Assembly: GCA_014905635.1 (NCBI GenBank)
Contig: JABVCE010000008.1
Coordinates: 310,001-374,000, forward strand
Source: Scenedesmus sp. PABB004
Taxonomy: Eukaryota
Reading direction: 5' to 3'
DNA length: 64,000 bases
In this document: positions 12,555 to 24,279 of the stretch, one piece after another
Layout of the letters: each line of letters begins with the position of its first letter
Numbering within the stretch: position 1 is the stretch's first letter
Notes under the pieces: generated by a model
Databases searched by the model: none
Told to the model about the DNA's origin: nothing
What the model saw: the letters and a program-made list of their open reading frames with translations, nothing else
Program-made: the position numbers and the translations under genes

Positions 12555-13056
12555 GGCTGCTGCAGGCGCGCCAGTGGCGCCACGGCGGCGCGGCGCTGCT
12601 GTCGCGCCGCGTGCGCTCGTGCGGGCGGCTGCGGCGGGCTGGGCGGGCGGCGGGTCACGCCGTCAGGTCGTGCGTGGGCGGGTGGCACCACTGGCTGTGG
12701 CAGAGAGCGCCGCGCGCCACCGGGGCTGGGTGCGCGGCCGAAGGTTGACTTTTGACGGCGCCCCGCCGGCCGCTGCTGCCGGCGCCGCCGCCGCGGATGC
12801 CGCGAGCCGCTGCCTGGCCGCAGGATGACGCCCGCGACAGCTTACTTCGGCGGCCGGCCGATGCCGCCGACGCCGGCTGCGGCGGCGCTGCAGCGGGGCG
12901 CAGCCCACCGCAGGCGCCGCGCTGCGTCCGCTGCGGATGTGCGCTCAGAGACCGGCCGTCGGCAGACCCGTTTGCCCCCCAGCGCCGCGACAGGCGCCGC
13001 GCCGGCCCGCGCGCCGCCACCGACCGCAGCGCCCCCCGCGCGAGCGCAGCGACGCC

Positions 13057-14402
13057 ATGCTGGGGCACGCTGCGAATCGGCTGGCCCTCGCGGCGGCCGC
13101 GGCGGCAGCGAGGCCCCCGGCGTCGCTGCCGCTCGCCGCCACTCCGCAGGCGCCGCGTGCCGCCTGGCTGGGCCTCCTGGCGTGCCTGGACGCGGCCCAC
13201 GACTGCGTGCGACGTGCACCCTTCTCCTCGGGCCCCGCAGCGGCCGCGCAGCACGGCGCGGCCGGCGGCGGCGGCGGCAGCAGCAGCGGCAGCGGCGGCG
13301 GCGCGGCCGCCGCGCACGTGCACGACGCGAGCTGCGGCCACTCCAGCGGCGCCGCCCGGGCCCCACTGACCTTCGAGGAGCAGGAGAGCACCTGCTGGTC
13401 CTGCCACGACCGCGCGCACCGCGGCGGGCTGGTGTGCCGCAGCTGCGAGCGCATCCAGCCCGTGGACAGCTCGCTGACCTACTTTGAACTCATGGGCTAG
13501 TGAGTGCTGCTGCCGACTGCCGGCAGTGCCCTGGCCGAGCGCACGCGCGCGCGGCGGGCGCAGTGCCGCCGCGCCGCCCAGGCTGGCTCGCTGGCCAGCC
13601 CACGCCGCGCGCGGCGCCCGCCGCCGCGCAGCCCGCGGCCGACGTTTGACGTCGACCCCGCCGCGCTGGAGCGGCGCTACAAGCTGCTGCAGTGGACGCT
13701 GCACCCCGACAGGGCGGCCGGCAAGAGCGACCAGGAGCGGCAGTACTCGGCGGCGCAGGCGGCGCTGATCAACCAGGCGTACGGCGTGCTGCGCCAGCCG
13801 CTCGCGCGCGCCAACTACATGGTGCGCGGCGCGCTGCGCGGGGGCCCGGCGCGCGCTGCGCGCGTGCATGCGGCTGGGCCTGGGTCAGCCGCGCACCCGG
13901 GGGCTCGATTGGGGTGGGGGGGGGGGGGCTGCGCGCAACCGCGCCGCTGACGATGGGCCCGTCACGGCGCGCTGTTGCCCCGCCGCCGCTGCGCAGCTGA
14001 TGCTCGGGGGCGTGAGCCCCGAGGACTCCGAGGCGCACACGATCGAGGACCCGGAGCTGCTCATGGAGGTGCGCGGCGCTGTGCGCTGTGCGCTGGGGTG
14101 GCGCTGCTGGGCGCCGGCGCTCGCCCGGCAGGCCGGCGCTCGAGAGCTAGAGCTGGGGCCGCCGTCGAGCGCGGCGTGCTGCGTGCCGCGCGCAGGTGAT
14201 GGAGGCGCGCGAGGAGGTGGAGGGCGAGGCCGACCAGGAGGCGCTGGTGCGGCTGCACGCCACCAACCGGGCGCGCCAGGCGGCGCTGTGCGGGGAGCTG
14301 TCGGCCGCGTTTAGCGCGGGCGAGGCGGAGCGCGCGCGGCAGCTCGTAGCGCAGCTCTCCTACTGGGTGCGGCTGGAGGAGGCCATCGCCGCCAAGCTGT
14401 GA
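13057..14402 (+). CDS. HSC20: Mitochondrial Fe-S cluster co-chaperone HscB/HSC20 (J-domain); 4 exons
   Basis: CWSC..CRSC tetracysteine motif, YFELMG, LERRYKLLQWTLHPD (HPD motif), INQAYGVLRQPLARANYM, DPELLME|VMEARE. Confidence 0.93.
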
Positions 14403-16408
14403 CGCGGCGTGCGCGGCGGGCGCGGTGGAGTGCGGCGGCGGCGGGCGGGCGCGCAAGGAGCACTTAAGCAGCGGCATGCGCCCCGAGACGGCGGCGCGCC
14501 CGCGAGCCCGCCCCGCAGTCCCTCCCTCCGCGCGCGCACAGGGCACGCCTAGGCCCCGCGAGGGGTGGCAGCATTAGAGGAAAGAAGCACATGAGCAGAT
14601 AGAGCTCCTTTATGTCGTCCGGTCGTGGCAAAGCAACTCCGTCAAGAGCCGCGGCGGCCCGCCCGCCCCTGCTGCGAGCGCGCCCCGCCCGCCCGCCCGC
14701 CGCCGCCCCTCCCCCCTTGTCCCTGCAAGCAAGCAGCTGTGGTTGTACATTGTGGGCGCCTTGGGCACCACGCCCGCGCGGCGCCGGCGGCGCGCGCGGC
14801 CCGCGCGTGCGGCGGCGCGCCCCGCCGCCGGCGCCCCGCGGGCGCCGCCCGCGCATGCCCACCCCAAACTGACCACGGACAGCAGCGGGGGGTTCGCAGT
14901 GAGGTGCGGGCCGCCGCGCCGGCTGCCTGGGAGCAGCGCGGACGCGGCGCGTCTGAATGCTCTCGAGCGCTCGAGCAACAGAGACCGTACACGCTCACGC
15001 GGCCGCGGCGGCAACGCGCCGCCGCGCCCTCTTGCTTGCTGCTCCTGCGGGGACCACCACCACGGCAGACCAGGGACCCACGGCGCATGCACGCCCATGC
15101 AGCGCGGCCGCCGCCGCGAGAGGCCGATCCATCCTCACACGTGCATAGCCGCCAAGCCGCCGCCAAGCCCCCCGGCGCGCGCGCGCGCACCGCAGCGCGG
15201 CGCGGCGCGGCGGCCGAGGCAGGGCAGTGCGCGCGCGCCCAGCGTGGGGCGACGCTGCTGCGATTCAGGCCGGCGGCCAGATTGCAGTCCTGCGGGCAGC
15301 GAGCAAAGAGAGAGAGAGAGGGGGGCACGCCGCGCTAGCGCCCCGCCGAGCGATCGTCAGGCAGCACACCCCGCAAGTCAAATGCAGCAGCAGGAGGGCG
15401 CAGCATCTAGGCGCCGCCGCCACGCACCGCCGCCGCCGGCCACGTGCGCGGCGCGGCGCCCCGTCGCGGGGGCGGCGCGCCGCGGGTCGACCGCGGGCGG
15501 CGGCGGCGCGCGCGCGTGTCGGCATCGATCGTAGCAGTGCATCCCGCCGCCGTCGGGCGCCGACGGCGGCATGGCCCTGCCGCCGCCGGCGCCCCGCCCG
15601 CCCCGCTGCGTGGCCTCGGGCTGCCGCCGTCCCTGGCCAAACACGCGCAACCACCCCCGCCGCCCGCCCGCCTGATCAACGCAGCAGCAGGTCGCAAGCA
15701 AACCATGGGCGCGTGACGGCATAAAATGAGGTGCCCAATACGCCTTGTGTGTGTGTGTGTGTGTGTGTGGTAGGGTTGTCCGTGTCGCTAGGTTAGTGTA
15801 ACGTAGGGAAGTGCTGCGCCGGCCGGCGCGGTGTGGTGTGCCGCCGCGAATGTCGTCCGGGGCAGCGCTGGCCAGCCCCCCCCCCTCCGCCCGCCCCGCC
15901 CGCCCGCGGTCGTCCCGGCCTGCCTCCCCAACCCCGCGCGTGACGCCGGCAGCACAATCTGTGCGCACACCAATGCGGTGCGCGCTGCTGGGCGCGCTTC
16001 ATTCAGGCCGCCACGCGGGGCGGCGGCACGGGCGGCGCCGCCGCGCCGCGCGGTCCGAGCGTGGCGCGGCGGCCGCCCGCTGTGGAGTGGTGGAATGTGG
16101 GGGCACACGCAAATCAGGGTGTGAGAGAAACAGAGATGTGTACACACGGTCAGCCGGCGCGGGGCGCCAGCCGGGCCAGGCTTCGCGGGCTCGCGCCGGT
16201 GCGCAGTGCGTGAGGGTTTGGTGCGTGCTCCCTCCCCTCCCTCCCCTCCCCTCCCGCCGCACCGCCTGTCAAGATATAGATGCACAGCCTGCACACAGCC
16301 GCCCCGCCGGCCCCTCTGCCCCTCGCGACCCGCGCAGCCGGGTCGCGGCTGGCTTGCCGCCCGCACACTCCCTCGCCGCGCTCGCGGCGGCGGCGCCGCT
16401 GCGCCGCC

Positions 16409-18771
16409 TCACGCCCAGGGGTGCGCGCCGGCCATGCCGAGCTGCTCAAACACGGCCGCGGTCGCGGGGGAGCAGCCGGAGAGGTCGGCGCTCGCGCTGC
16501 CGCTGCCGCCGCAGGCCTCGTTGTCGTCCACGTCCATCGCGGCCATGAGCTCATCCTCAAACTCATCTGCATACTCCTCGCCCATCGCCGCGTCGCCGCC
16601 GGCGCCGCCGAGCGGCGCCGCGGCGGCGGCCGGGCTGGGCGCGCGCAGCGCCGGCGCCGCGGCCGCGCCGGCGCCGCCGCCGAGGCTGCCCGGGAAGGCG
16701 GGCAGGCCGGGGAAGGAGCCGGCGCCGAGGGCGCCGAAGCTGCCGCCCCCATGGCAAAGTCGGCGCAGCCGGGCGGGCCGGAGAGCAGCAGGTCGGCGGG
16801 CAGCTCCGGCCCGAGGCCGAGCGAGCCGGGGAGCGGGCCCCAGCCGCCGGGCGCGTGCGGGCCGCAGAGCGTGGGGCTCGCGCCCAGCAGCGCGGGCGAG
16901 GTGCCGAGGCCGAGCATGGGGCTGCAGCCAAACAGCTGCGGGCTGCCCGCGAGCAGGCCCGCGCGGGCGGGCTCGTGCCGCACGCCGCCGGGCGCCGCGG
17001 CCGCCGCGTCGGCGCGCAGCGCCGCCGGCCGCGGCGCGAGGCCGGGCGCGGGCGCGCCGGCCGCGGCCGCCGCGGCGGCGCGGCGCGCGCGCGCCCGAAC
17101 CTCGTCGTGCACGCGCGCCGCCGCGGCGCCGGGGTGCGCCGACTCGTCGGGCCCGCCCGTCTTGGCGGCGGCCGCGGCGGCCGCGCGCGTGCCGGGGCGC
17201 CCGCCGGGGCGGCCGGTCACCGCGGGGCCGTCGTCACCGCGGCGCGGGCCCGCGGAGCGCGTGTTGTGCCCGTGCTCCGCGGGCCGCGCCGCCGCCGGCA
17301 CGGCCGCGCTCGCGCTCGTCGCGTTGCGCCGCTCGTCGTCGCTCTCGGGAAAGTTGCAGATTGCGCCCGCCCCGCGGATGGAGCGCGCGGCGGCGTCGTA
17401 CGCGTGCGCCGCCTGTGTGTGTGTGGGGGGGGGGGCAGCGTGGGCGCGCACGGCGCACGGGGGCGGGCGCGGCGCAGGCGCGCGGCGCGCAGCCCGCGGC
17501 CGCGCGCGTCGGCCGCGCACCTCCTCGGCCGAGTCAAACGTGCCCAGCCAGAGGCGCTGGCCGCGCGTCGGGTCGCGGATCTCGGCCGCCCACTTGCCCC
17601 ACGGCCGCTGGCGCACGCCGCGGTACTGATTGTTGTACTTCTTGTTGCCGCGGCACGCCGGCCCGCCGCGCCCGCACGCCGCGGCGGTCGCGCTGCGCGT
17701 CTGGTGCGCCGCGGCGGCGGCCGCCGCCGCCGCGATCGCCGCGGCCGCGGCCGAGCCGGGCGGCGGCGGCGCGCGGCGCGCGCCGGTCGGCCCGCCGGCG
17801 CCGCCGCGCGGCGCCGCGGCGTCGCCCTCCAGCGGCGCGCCGTCGTCCTCCTCGTCGTCGTCGTCAAAGTCGTCGCTGCTGGCCAGCGCGTCGCCGCCGC
17901 TCTCCGGCGGCAGCGCCTGCTCGCTCGCCTGGCTGCTCGCGCTGCTGCACGACGGCGCCGCCGGCTTGGGCGTCGCGGCAAAGGCGGCCGCCGCCGCGGC
18001 CTTGGCCGCCACCGCCGCCGCCGCCGCGGGCGGCACGGTCACCGCCGCCGCGGCCGCGGCCGACGACGACGCCTGGGTCGAGAGCTGCGCCGGCACGAGC
18101 GGCGCGCAGGGCGGCTGCGGCGCCGCCGCCTTGGCGCCGGCGCCCGGCGCCGCCGCGAGCTGCGTGAAGGGCGACGCGCTGCCCGCGCCCGCGCCCGCCG
18201 CCGCCGGGGGGCGCGCAAAGTAGACGGTCTGGCCCGTCGGCTGGCCGTCGGGGCCCGCCAGCTGCGCGACGTACACGGGCGTGCCCTGCTGTGCGAGCGC
18301 GCCGCCGCCGCCCGGCCCCGGCATCATGACCATGCCGTTCTGGCCCAGCACGCCGAACGCCTGCGAGAGCGCGGACCACGGCGGGAACCCGGGGGCGTCA
18401 GGCGTGGCGCGCACAGCGGGGGGTGAGGGCGTGAGGCCGCGGCGTGATGAGTCCCCGGCCGAGGCCCGTCCGGGCGCACGCAGGCCGGCGCGGGTGGCGC
18501 AGAAGCTCGCGCTCAGGGCGACGCGGCGGCCGCGGCCCGATCTGGGCCCCCCGATCGCGGGCCTGGGCGCCCGCTCGTCAGGGCGCCCAGGGCGCGGCGA
18601 GCTCGCATCCCGCGGCCGTGGGCGGGCGTGGAAGAGGCGGCCCGCAGGCACGCCGAGGCGCAGTGCGCGCCGGCGCGACGCCGTCGCGGCGCGGCGCGGC
18701 GGGGCCCGCACGGCCGGCATCGAGTTGCTCACCCAGCCTGCTGGCGCCGCGGTGGCTCCCGCCGCCTGCAT
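16409..18771 (-). CDS. AP2/ERF-family transcription factor with a single AP2 domain; apparent 1-bp frameshift near 16748
   Basis: [57 protein letters not shown] at about 17350-17630; acidic C-terminus [20 protein letters not shown]. Start and middle exon boundaries are less certain. Confidence 0.88.
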
Positions 18772-19166
18772 GGCGTTTGCGATCGTCGTCTCGGGGCGCC
18801 CCACTCGGCGGTCGGGCGAGCGTCACGGACGCGCGCGCGCGGCTGGCGGCGCGGGCTCACTGCGGCGCTCTGCGGCCCGGCGCGCTGCTGCCGCTGGCCC
18901 TGCGTGTCGGGCAGGCCGAGAGTGATGCGCTGGCGCCGCGCGCGCGCCTGGCGACGGGGCGTAACTCTAGCTGGCGCGGGTGTGGCCGCGCGGTCTAGTC
19001 GCGTGCGCGCTGGGCCGCTCTGACGTCGCCCGCGCGACAACCGCGCGTGGAGAGCGCACGGCAAAGCACGCAAAGAAGGCGCCGCGCACTCGCCGCCGCC
19101 ACCGCCGCCGACACCGCCGACACCGCGCCCGCTCGCTCGCGCCCGCCGATCGCCCGCGCAGCCGCC

Positions 19167-20542
19167 ATGTCGGCGGAGGCGGGCGCGCGCCGCCGCCTGG
19201 GCGTGCTGGGGCAGCAGCTCGCCGGCGCCGGCGGGCCGGCGGGCGCGGCGGGGCAGCAGCAGCAGCAGCAGCAGCACGCGGCGACGCTGCGCCGCGCCGA
19301 CGCGGCCAGCGCCGGCGCCGGCGGCGGGCGGCTGTTCGAGGGCCAGGTCGTCGTCATCACCGGCGCGGCCAAGGGCATCGGCGAGGCCGCGGCGCTCGCG
19401 TTTGCGGCCCAGGGCGCGGAGCTGCTGCTGACTGACCTCGACGCCGCCGCGGTCGAGGCGACGGCGGCGCGCTGCCGCGCGGCGGGCAGCCCCCGCGCCG
19501 CCGCGGTCGCGGGCGACATCTGCTCGCCCGACGCGCCCGACCGCGTCGCGGCGGCGCTGCGGCAGCAGTTTGGGGGCCGCCTGCATGTGCTCGTCAACAA
19601 CGCAGGTCCGGCGCCGCGCCGCCGTGCCGCGCTGCGCCGCCGCGCCGCGCCGCGCCGCCGCGGCGCGCCGCGCCGCCGCGGCGGCGCGCCCGCAAGCACG
19701 CCGGCTCACCCCGGCGCGGGGCTCACGCCGCCGCAGGCTACACGCACGACGGCGTGATCCACAAGATGACCGACACGCAGTGGGGCGCGATGCTCGACGT
19801 CCACGCGACCGCGCCGTTCCGCATCATCCGTGGCCTCGCGCCGCTGCTGCGCGACGCGGGCAAGGCCGAGGCGGCGGCCGGCGCCGCGCCGGCGCCGCGG
19901 TCGATCATCAACGTCAGCTCCACCTCTGGCACGCATGGCAACGCAGGACAGGTCAACTACGCGGCAGCGAAGGCCGCCGTAGTTGGGCTCACCAAGACCG
20001 TAGCCAAGGAGTGGTGCGCCCGCGGCGCGGCGCGGCCGCCGGCGCGGCGCGCGGCCGCCTGCGCCGCGCGCCGCGCGCCGCGCGTTGTCAACGCCGCCGC
20101 GGGCGCCGCCGCCCACGCCGCTGCGCCGCGCGGCAGGGGCCACGTCAACGTGCGCTGCAACGCCGTGGCCTACGGCTTCATCGACACGCGGCTCACGCGC
20201 GAGAAGGACGGCGGCGAGGCGATCAGCGTCGGCGGGCAGCGCGTGGCGCTGGGCATCCCGGGCGGCGACGCGCTGCGCGAGCTCGCAGTCGGCGCCATCC
20301 CGCTCGCGCGCATCGGCAGCGCGGCCGAGGCGGCGGGGGCCATCCTCTTCCTCGCGTACCACCCCTGGTCGTCCTACGTCACCGGCCAGGCGCGCGCCGC
20401 GCCCGCGCGGGGGCGCCTCCGCCGCCCGGGCGCCGGCCGCTGACCGCCGGTGAGCCGGCGTGAGCCGGCGAGTCACCGCGCGCCGCCCGCCCCGCCACGC
20501 GCCTGGCAGGTGCTGGAGGTCAACGGCGGCTCGTACATGTGA
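19167..20542 (+). CDS. Short-chain dehydrogenase/reductase (FabG-like), likely peroxisomal (PTS2); 4 exons
   Basis: VVVITGAAKGIG, LVNNAG, NVSSTSG..GNAGQVNYAAAK (YxxxK), VRCNAVAYGFIDT, SSYVTGQ|VLEVNGG; N-terminal RLGVLGQQL. Confidence 0.92.
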
Positions 20543-20812
20543 GCAGCGGGGCGGGCCGGCGCGGCCGAGACGGTGCACAGGGATGGGGCGTGCGGCGGGC
20601 GGGCGGGCGGGCGGGCCAACGGCCGCGCCGTTGGCACGCGACGCGTCTCGGCGGCGCAACGTTGAACCCCTTCCGCGCGACGCCAGCCGCTCGCCGGCAG
20701 CGCCGTGCGAGACAGTGAGCACAGCCACGCCCAGGCCAGGCCGCGCCCGGCCGCGGCCTCGACGCGGGCGCCCGGCCGCGCGCCCCAGCAGCGGCGCGCC
20801 CGCGCCGCCGCC

Positions 20813-23800
20813 ATGCGCCTGCGGCTGCTGGCCAGCGCGGTGGAGGGAGCTGAAGCTCAGGCGCTGCTGCAGGGACCGCACGGGGAGCTAGCCGACGACG
20901 CGCTGGCGATCCTGGCCGCGCCGACCGGCGATGGCGGCGCGCCGGTGCGCCCCGCCGCGCCCGCAGGCCGCGCCCGCCCGCGGGCACGCGCCCGCGTCTC
21001 ACCCCGATCTCTCTCTCGCTCGCAGGTGCCGCTCGCGGTGGCCTGGCCCGCGCAGGGCCCGGCGCTGCTGCTGCGCGCGATCGAACGCGGCGGCGCCAGC
21101 GCGGTCGTCGTGGCGGCGCGCGGCGACGGCGTGGCCCTCTGCAGCCTGTCCAGGCGTGCACCCGGACCGCCTGCAGGCGCCACGGTGCCGGCGGCCGTGC
21201 GGCGGCGCGTGGCGCTGGGCGGCGCTGGCACCGCGCGACCGGACGGCGGCGGCGCGTGGGCGGGCCTGGCGCTGCGGGCGCGGCGCGGCGGCGCAGAGCA
21301 GCCGTGGGCGCTGCAGGCGCTGGCGGACGTGCCACACTGCAGCGGCCTGCATCGGCTGCCGGGCGGCGCGCGCGCGTGCTGCCTGCTGGCGCCGCCGGCG
21401 GGCGGGGCGGCCAGTCAGCAGGTCGAGGCGCTGGCGCGCCTGCTCGGGGCGCGCGGCCCCAGCGGGGCGCGCGGCCCCAGCGGCCAGCTCAGCGCGCTGC
21501 AGCTGCTGGCGGCGTCGGCGCTCGCGGCCTGCAGCCCTGACGCAGCGGCCGCAGCCGCGGCCAGCGGCAGCTGCGCGCCCGCGGCGTGCGGCGGGCCGCT
21601 GTTTGCGGCGCTCGCGGCGGCGCTGCCGGCGGCCAGCGGCAGCGCGCAGGCGCCGCCGGCCTGCGTGCTGGTGGCGGGCACGCGCGCCGGCCAGGTCTGG
21701 GCGTGCGACCCGGCGTTTGCGCTCGCCGGCGGCCACGGCCCGCCAGCGCCCGGTGAGTGCGGCGTGCGCCTGCTGCTGGACCTGCGCCAGCCTGTCGCGG
21801 CGGTGCTGCCGCTGCGCGCAGGGGCGGCGCCGGCGGGCGGCGTGCTGGTGGTGGGCAGCCTGGGGCGTGCCGCGCTCCTGCTAGTGGCGCAGCAGGAGCA
21901 GGGCGATGCTGCGCCGCCGCGGTTTGAGGTGCGGCAGCAGCAGCTCTGCGTGGCTGTGGACGTGGCGCAGCTGGCGGGGCCCGGCCTGCTCCTCCTGCTC
22001 AGCAGCGCTGGCGAGCTCCACGCGGCAGCGCTCGCGCCCGCGCTGGCCCTGGCGCCCGCTCGCCAGCAGCTGGGGTTGCGCCCCGTGCGGCTGCAGCTGC
22101 CCGGCCCTGCCGCCCGCGTGTGGGCACCGGCTGGCGAGGACGGTGGCGGCGCCATCGTCGTGCAGCTGCAGGGCAGTCAGCAGCTGCTGGAGCTGCCCGC
22201 AGAGGATGTACTTGCAGCAGCGGCGGCGGCAAGCCAGCAGGGAGAGGATGGCAGCCTGGAGCTTCAGCTGCCGGGCGCCGCGGTGGCGGACGCGCGGCAG
22301 CAGCTGGCCGGCCTGCAGGCTGGTCTGGCGGAACTGGCAGACGCGCGGGCTCAGCTGGAGCGCGCCGTCGCGTCACACGACGACTACCTGCGGGCGGTGC
22401 GCCGCGACCTGGCCGCACTGCAGCCCGCGGCGCCGTCGCCCACTGCAGCAGCGTCCGCAGCGGCAGACGGGGGCCAGCCGGACGCTGGCGGCCAGCTGCA
22501 GTGCGACCTGCAGCTGCTTGGCGTGTGGCCCGCGCCGGCGGCGGCGGGCGGCAGCGGCGGCGGCTGCCTGAGCATGGCGGTGGGCGTGCGTCTGCGCAGG
22601 CCACGAGGTGGCAGCGCCGATGGCGAGGAGTCGCTGGGCCCCGGGTGGCAGTTGCTGGTGAGCTTTCTGCCAGAGTCTGCGCACACCACCAGCTGGCAGT
22701 CGACGTTTGCACCGCGGCGCGGCAGCGGCTGCTGCGGCACCGCCGTGCTGCTGCCGCTCCCGCCCGCCTGCTCTGCGCTGCACGGGGGCGGCTGGCTGCA
22801 GGCGTACGCCATCCGGTCGCCACCGTGGGAGCTGGCGGGCGGTGCGGCGACGCAGCGGGGCGCGCCCCTGCCGCCGGTGGTGACGCTGCTCGCGCAGCAG
22901 CACGTCAGCGCCGTGCAGCTGGCACGCGCCCTCGCCGCCAACCCGGCGGCGGCTGCGCTGGCGGAGGCGGCTGGCGGCGGCGCGGCGGTCGGCGCGGCAG
23001 CAGCCGGGAGCGGCGGCGGCGGCGGGGCGTTCAGCTGTGCCCTGCACCTGCAGGCGGTCGCGGGCACGGGCAGTGGCAAGCATTCGCCGTCGCCGGGGGC
23101 CCGCAACAAGCGAATGAGGCGCGAGACGGAGCCGGGTGGAGCGGCAGACGCCGCCCTGCCGCGGGACCAGCAGCAGGAGCAGCAGCGGCAGGCGCTGGAG
23201 CAGCAGGCGCTGGAGCAGCAGCGGCAGCCTGAGGCGTTGGGCGCGGGCCTTGGTCGCTGGCTCGCATCGCTCACCGGCGCCACGCCGGCCTCGACGGGCA
23301 CCGCCCCAGCCTGTGGCAGCTGGGCGGGCGCTGGCGCGTGGGAGCTGGCGCTGCCCGGCCTGCCGCAGCCCGTGTCGCTGGTGCACGGCCGGGCAGCCTT
23401 TCGGCTGGCGGGCGGCTGCCAGGCGCAGCTCACGTGGCTCGCGCAGCCTGCGGTGGTGCAGGGCGCGCACGGCAGCGGCGGCGCCGCCGCCCTGGAGCTG
23501 CACGTGCAGGTTGCGATGCAGGCGGGGGGCGTGCCCGCGCTGGCGCAGCTGCACTGCGCGGTGACGCTGGCCCTGCTGGAGCGGTTGGCGGCATCGGACG
23601 TCGCGCTGCTGCGTGCCAACGGCGGCGCCGCGAGCACGCAGGCCTGGGGCAGCTGGCACGTGGTCGCGGGCGCGGCGCAGCTGCGCACGGCGCTCGCGCG
23701 GCTGCGTGCGGTGCAGGCGCACGCGGCGCGCCTGCAGGACGCCCTGGAGGCGCTGCATGGCTGGCGGCAGCGCCTGACGAGCGGCGGTGGCGGGGGCGGC

Positions 23801-23920
23801 GGGCCTGGCGAGCTGGGCGCGGCGCTGGCGGACTGGCGGCGTGACCTGTTTGGGGCGTTTGGCCGCATGCTGCTGGCGCTCTCGGACGCGGCGCGGCTCG
23901 TCTGCGTGGAGGAGGGCTGA
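20813..23920 (+). CDS. Large protein (about 1000 aa), probable FAAP100-like (Fanconi anaemia core complex associated); likely one short intron about 20945-21025
   Basis: Long ORF with coding-like codon usage. Motif order VLVAGTRAGQV / VRLLLDLRQPV / VLVVGSLGR / coiled coil / SLGPGWQLLV resembles FAAP100 as I recall it; not verified by search. Confidence 0.55.
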   Translation: MRLRLLASAVEGAEAQALLQGPHGELADDALAILAAPTGDGGAPVRPAAPAGRARPRARARVSPRSLSRSQVPLAVAWPAQGPALLLRAIERGGASAVVVAARGDGVALCSLSRRAPGPPAGATVPAAVRRRVALGGAGTARPDGGGAWAGLALRARRGGAEQPWALQALADVPHCSGLHRLPGGARACCLLAPPAGGAASQQVEALARLLGARGPSGARGPSGQLSALQLLAASALAACSPDAAAAAAASGSCAPAACGGPLFAALAAALPAASGSAQAPPACVLVAGTRAGQVWACDPAFALAGGHGPPAPGECGVRLLLDLRQPVAAVLPLRAGAAPAGGVLVVGSLGRAALLLVAQQEQGDAAPPRFEVRQQQLCVAVDVAQLAGPGLLLLLSSAGELHAAALAPALALAPARQQLGLRPVRLQLPGPAARVWAPAGEDGGGAIVVQLQGSQQLLELPAEDVLAAAAAASQQGEDGSLELQLPGAAVADARQQLAGLQAGLAELADARAQLERAVASHDDYLRAVRRDLAALQPAAPSPTAAASAAADGGQPDAGGQLQCDLQLLGVWPAPAAAGGSGGGCLSMAVGVRLRRPRGGSADGEESLGPGWQLLVSFLPESAHTTSWQSTFAPRRGSGCCGTAVLLPLPPACSALHGGGWLQAYAIRSPPWELAGGAATQRGAPLPPVVTLLAQQHVSAVQLARALAANPAAAALAEAAGGGAAVGAAAAGSGGGGGAFSCALHLQAVAGTGSGKHSPSPGARNKRMRRETEPGGAADAALPRDQQQEQQRQALEQQALEQQRQPEALGAGLGRWLASLTGATPASTGTAPACGSWAGAGAWELALPGLPQPVSLVHGRAAFRLAGGCQAQLTWLAQPAVVQGAHGSGGAAALELHVQVAMQAGGVPALAQLHCAVTLALLERLAASDVALLRANGGAASTQAWGSWHVVAGAAQLRTALARLRAVQAHAARLQDALEALHGWRQRLTSGGGGGGGPGELGAALADWRRDLFGAFGRMLLALSDAARLVCVEEG

Positions 23921-23968
23921 CCGGGGGCGGGCGCGCGGGTCGGGCGGCGCGCCGTGTGACCTCTGCGA
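23825..23968 (+). repeat. Direct repeat copy 1 (3' end of the FAAP100-like gene), partner at 28951-29102
   Basis: ctggcggactggc...gtgacctgtttggggcg..ggccgcatgctgctggcgctctcggacgcggcgcggctcgtctgcg.ggaggagggctga...gggcgcgcgggtcgggcggcgcgccg occurs twice. Confidence 0.95.
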
Positions 23969-24261
23969 TCAGTTCGTCAATCCTGCCGCCCAGACACCCC
24001 AGCACGCCCCACCACAGACCAACTCCCACCACAGACCGACCGACCGCCCCCTCCTGGTGGGGTGGGATGCAACCCCGGCAGGCCAGAGGGCGCCGTCTAG
24101 GCACCTCCATGTCAGAGCAGTGCATGTGCGGTGACAAAGAAGCGGCGATGCAGACGTCGTTTGAGGTTTTGCCTATGCGAGTTAATGCGGGAGAACGGTG
24201 CATGGGCCCCTGCAGCTGCAGCGTGTATGTGTGGCGGCGTGGCTGTACTGGCGCAGTAATG

Positions 24262-24279
24262 CGCTCGACTAGTCGAGCG
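24262..24279. other. Perfect 18-bp palindrome cgctcgactagtcgagcg
   Basis: Equal to its own reverse complement; followed 14 nt later by CTAG (24294-24297). Confidence 0.9.

Noticed and set aside
13498..13503. Apparent in-frame TAG TGA in HSC20, suggesting stop-codon reassignment
   Set aside because: The intron starts at GTGAGT (13500); TA joins C of the next exon to give TAC (Tyr).
14403..16408. 2-kb gap between HSC20 and AP2 with an AT-richer patch near 14570-14650
   Set aside because: No coding signal or recognisable RNA gene; consistent with convergent 3' UTRs (a TGTAA lies near 15797).
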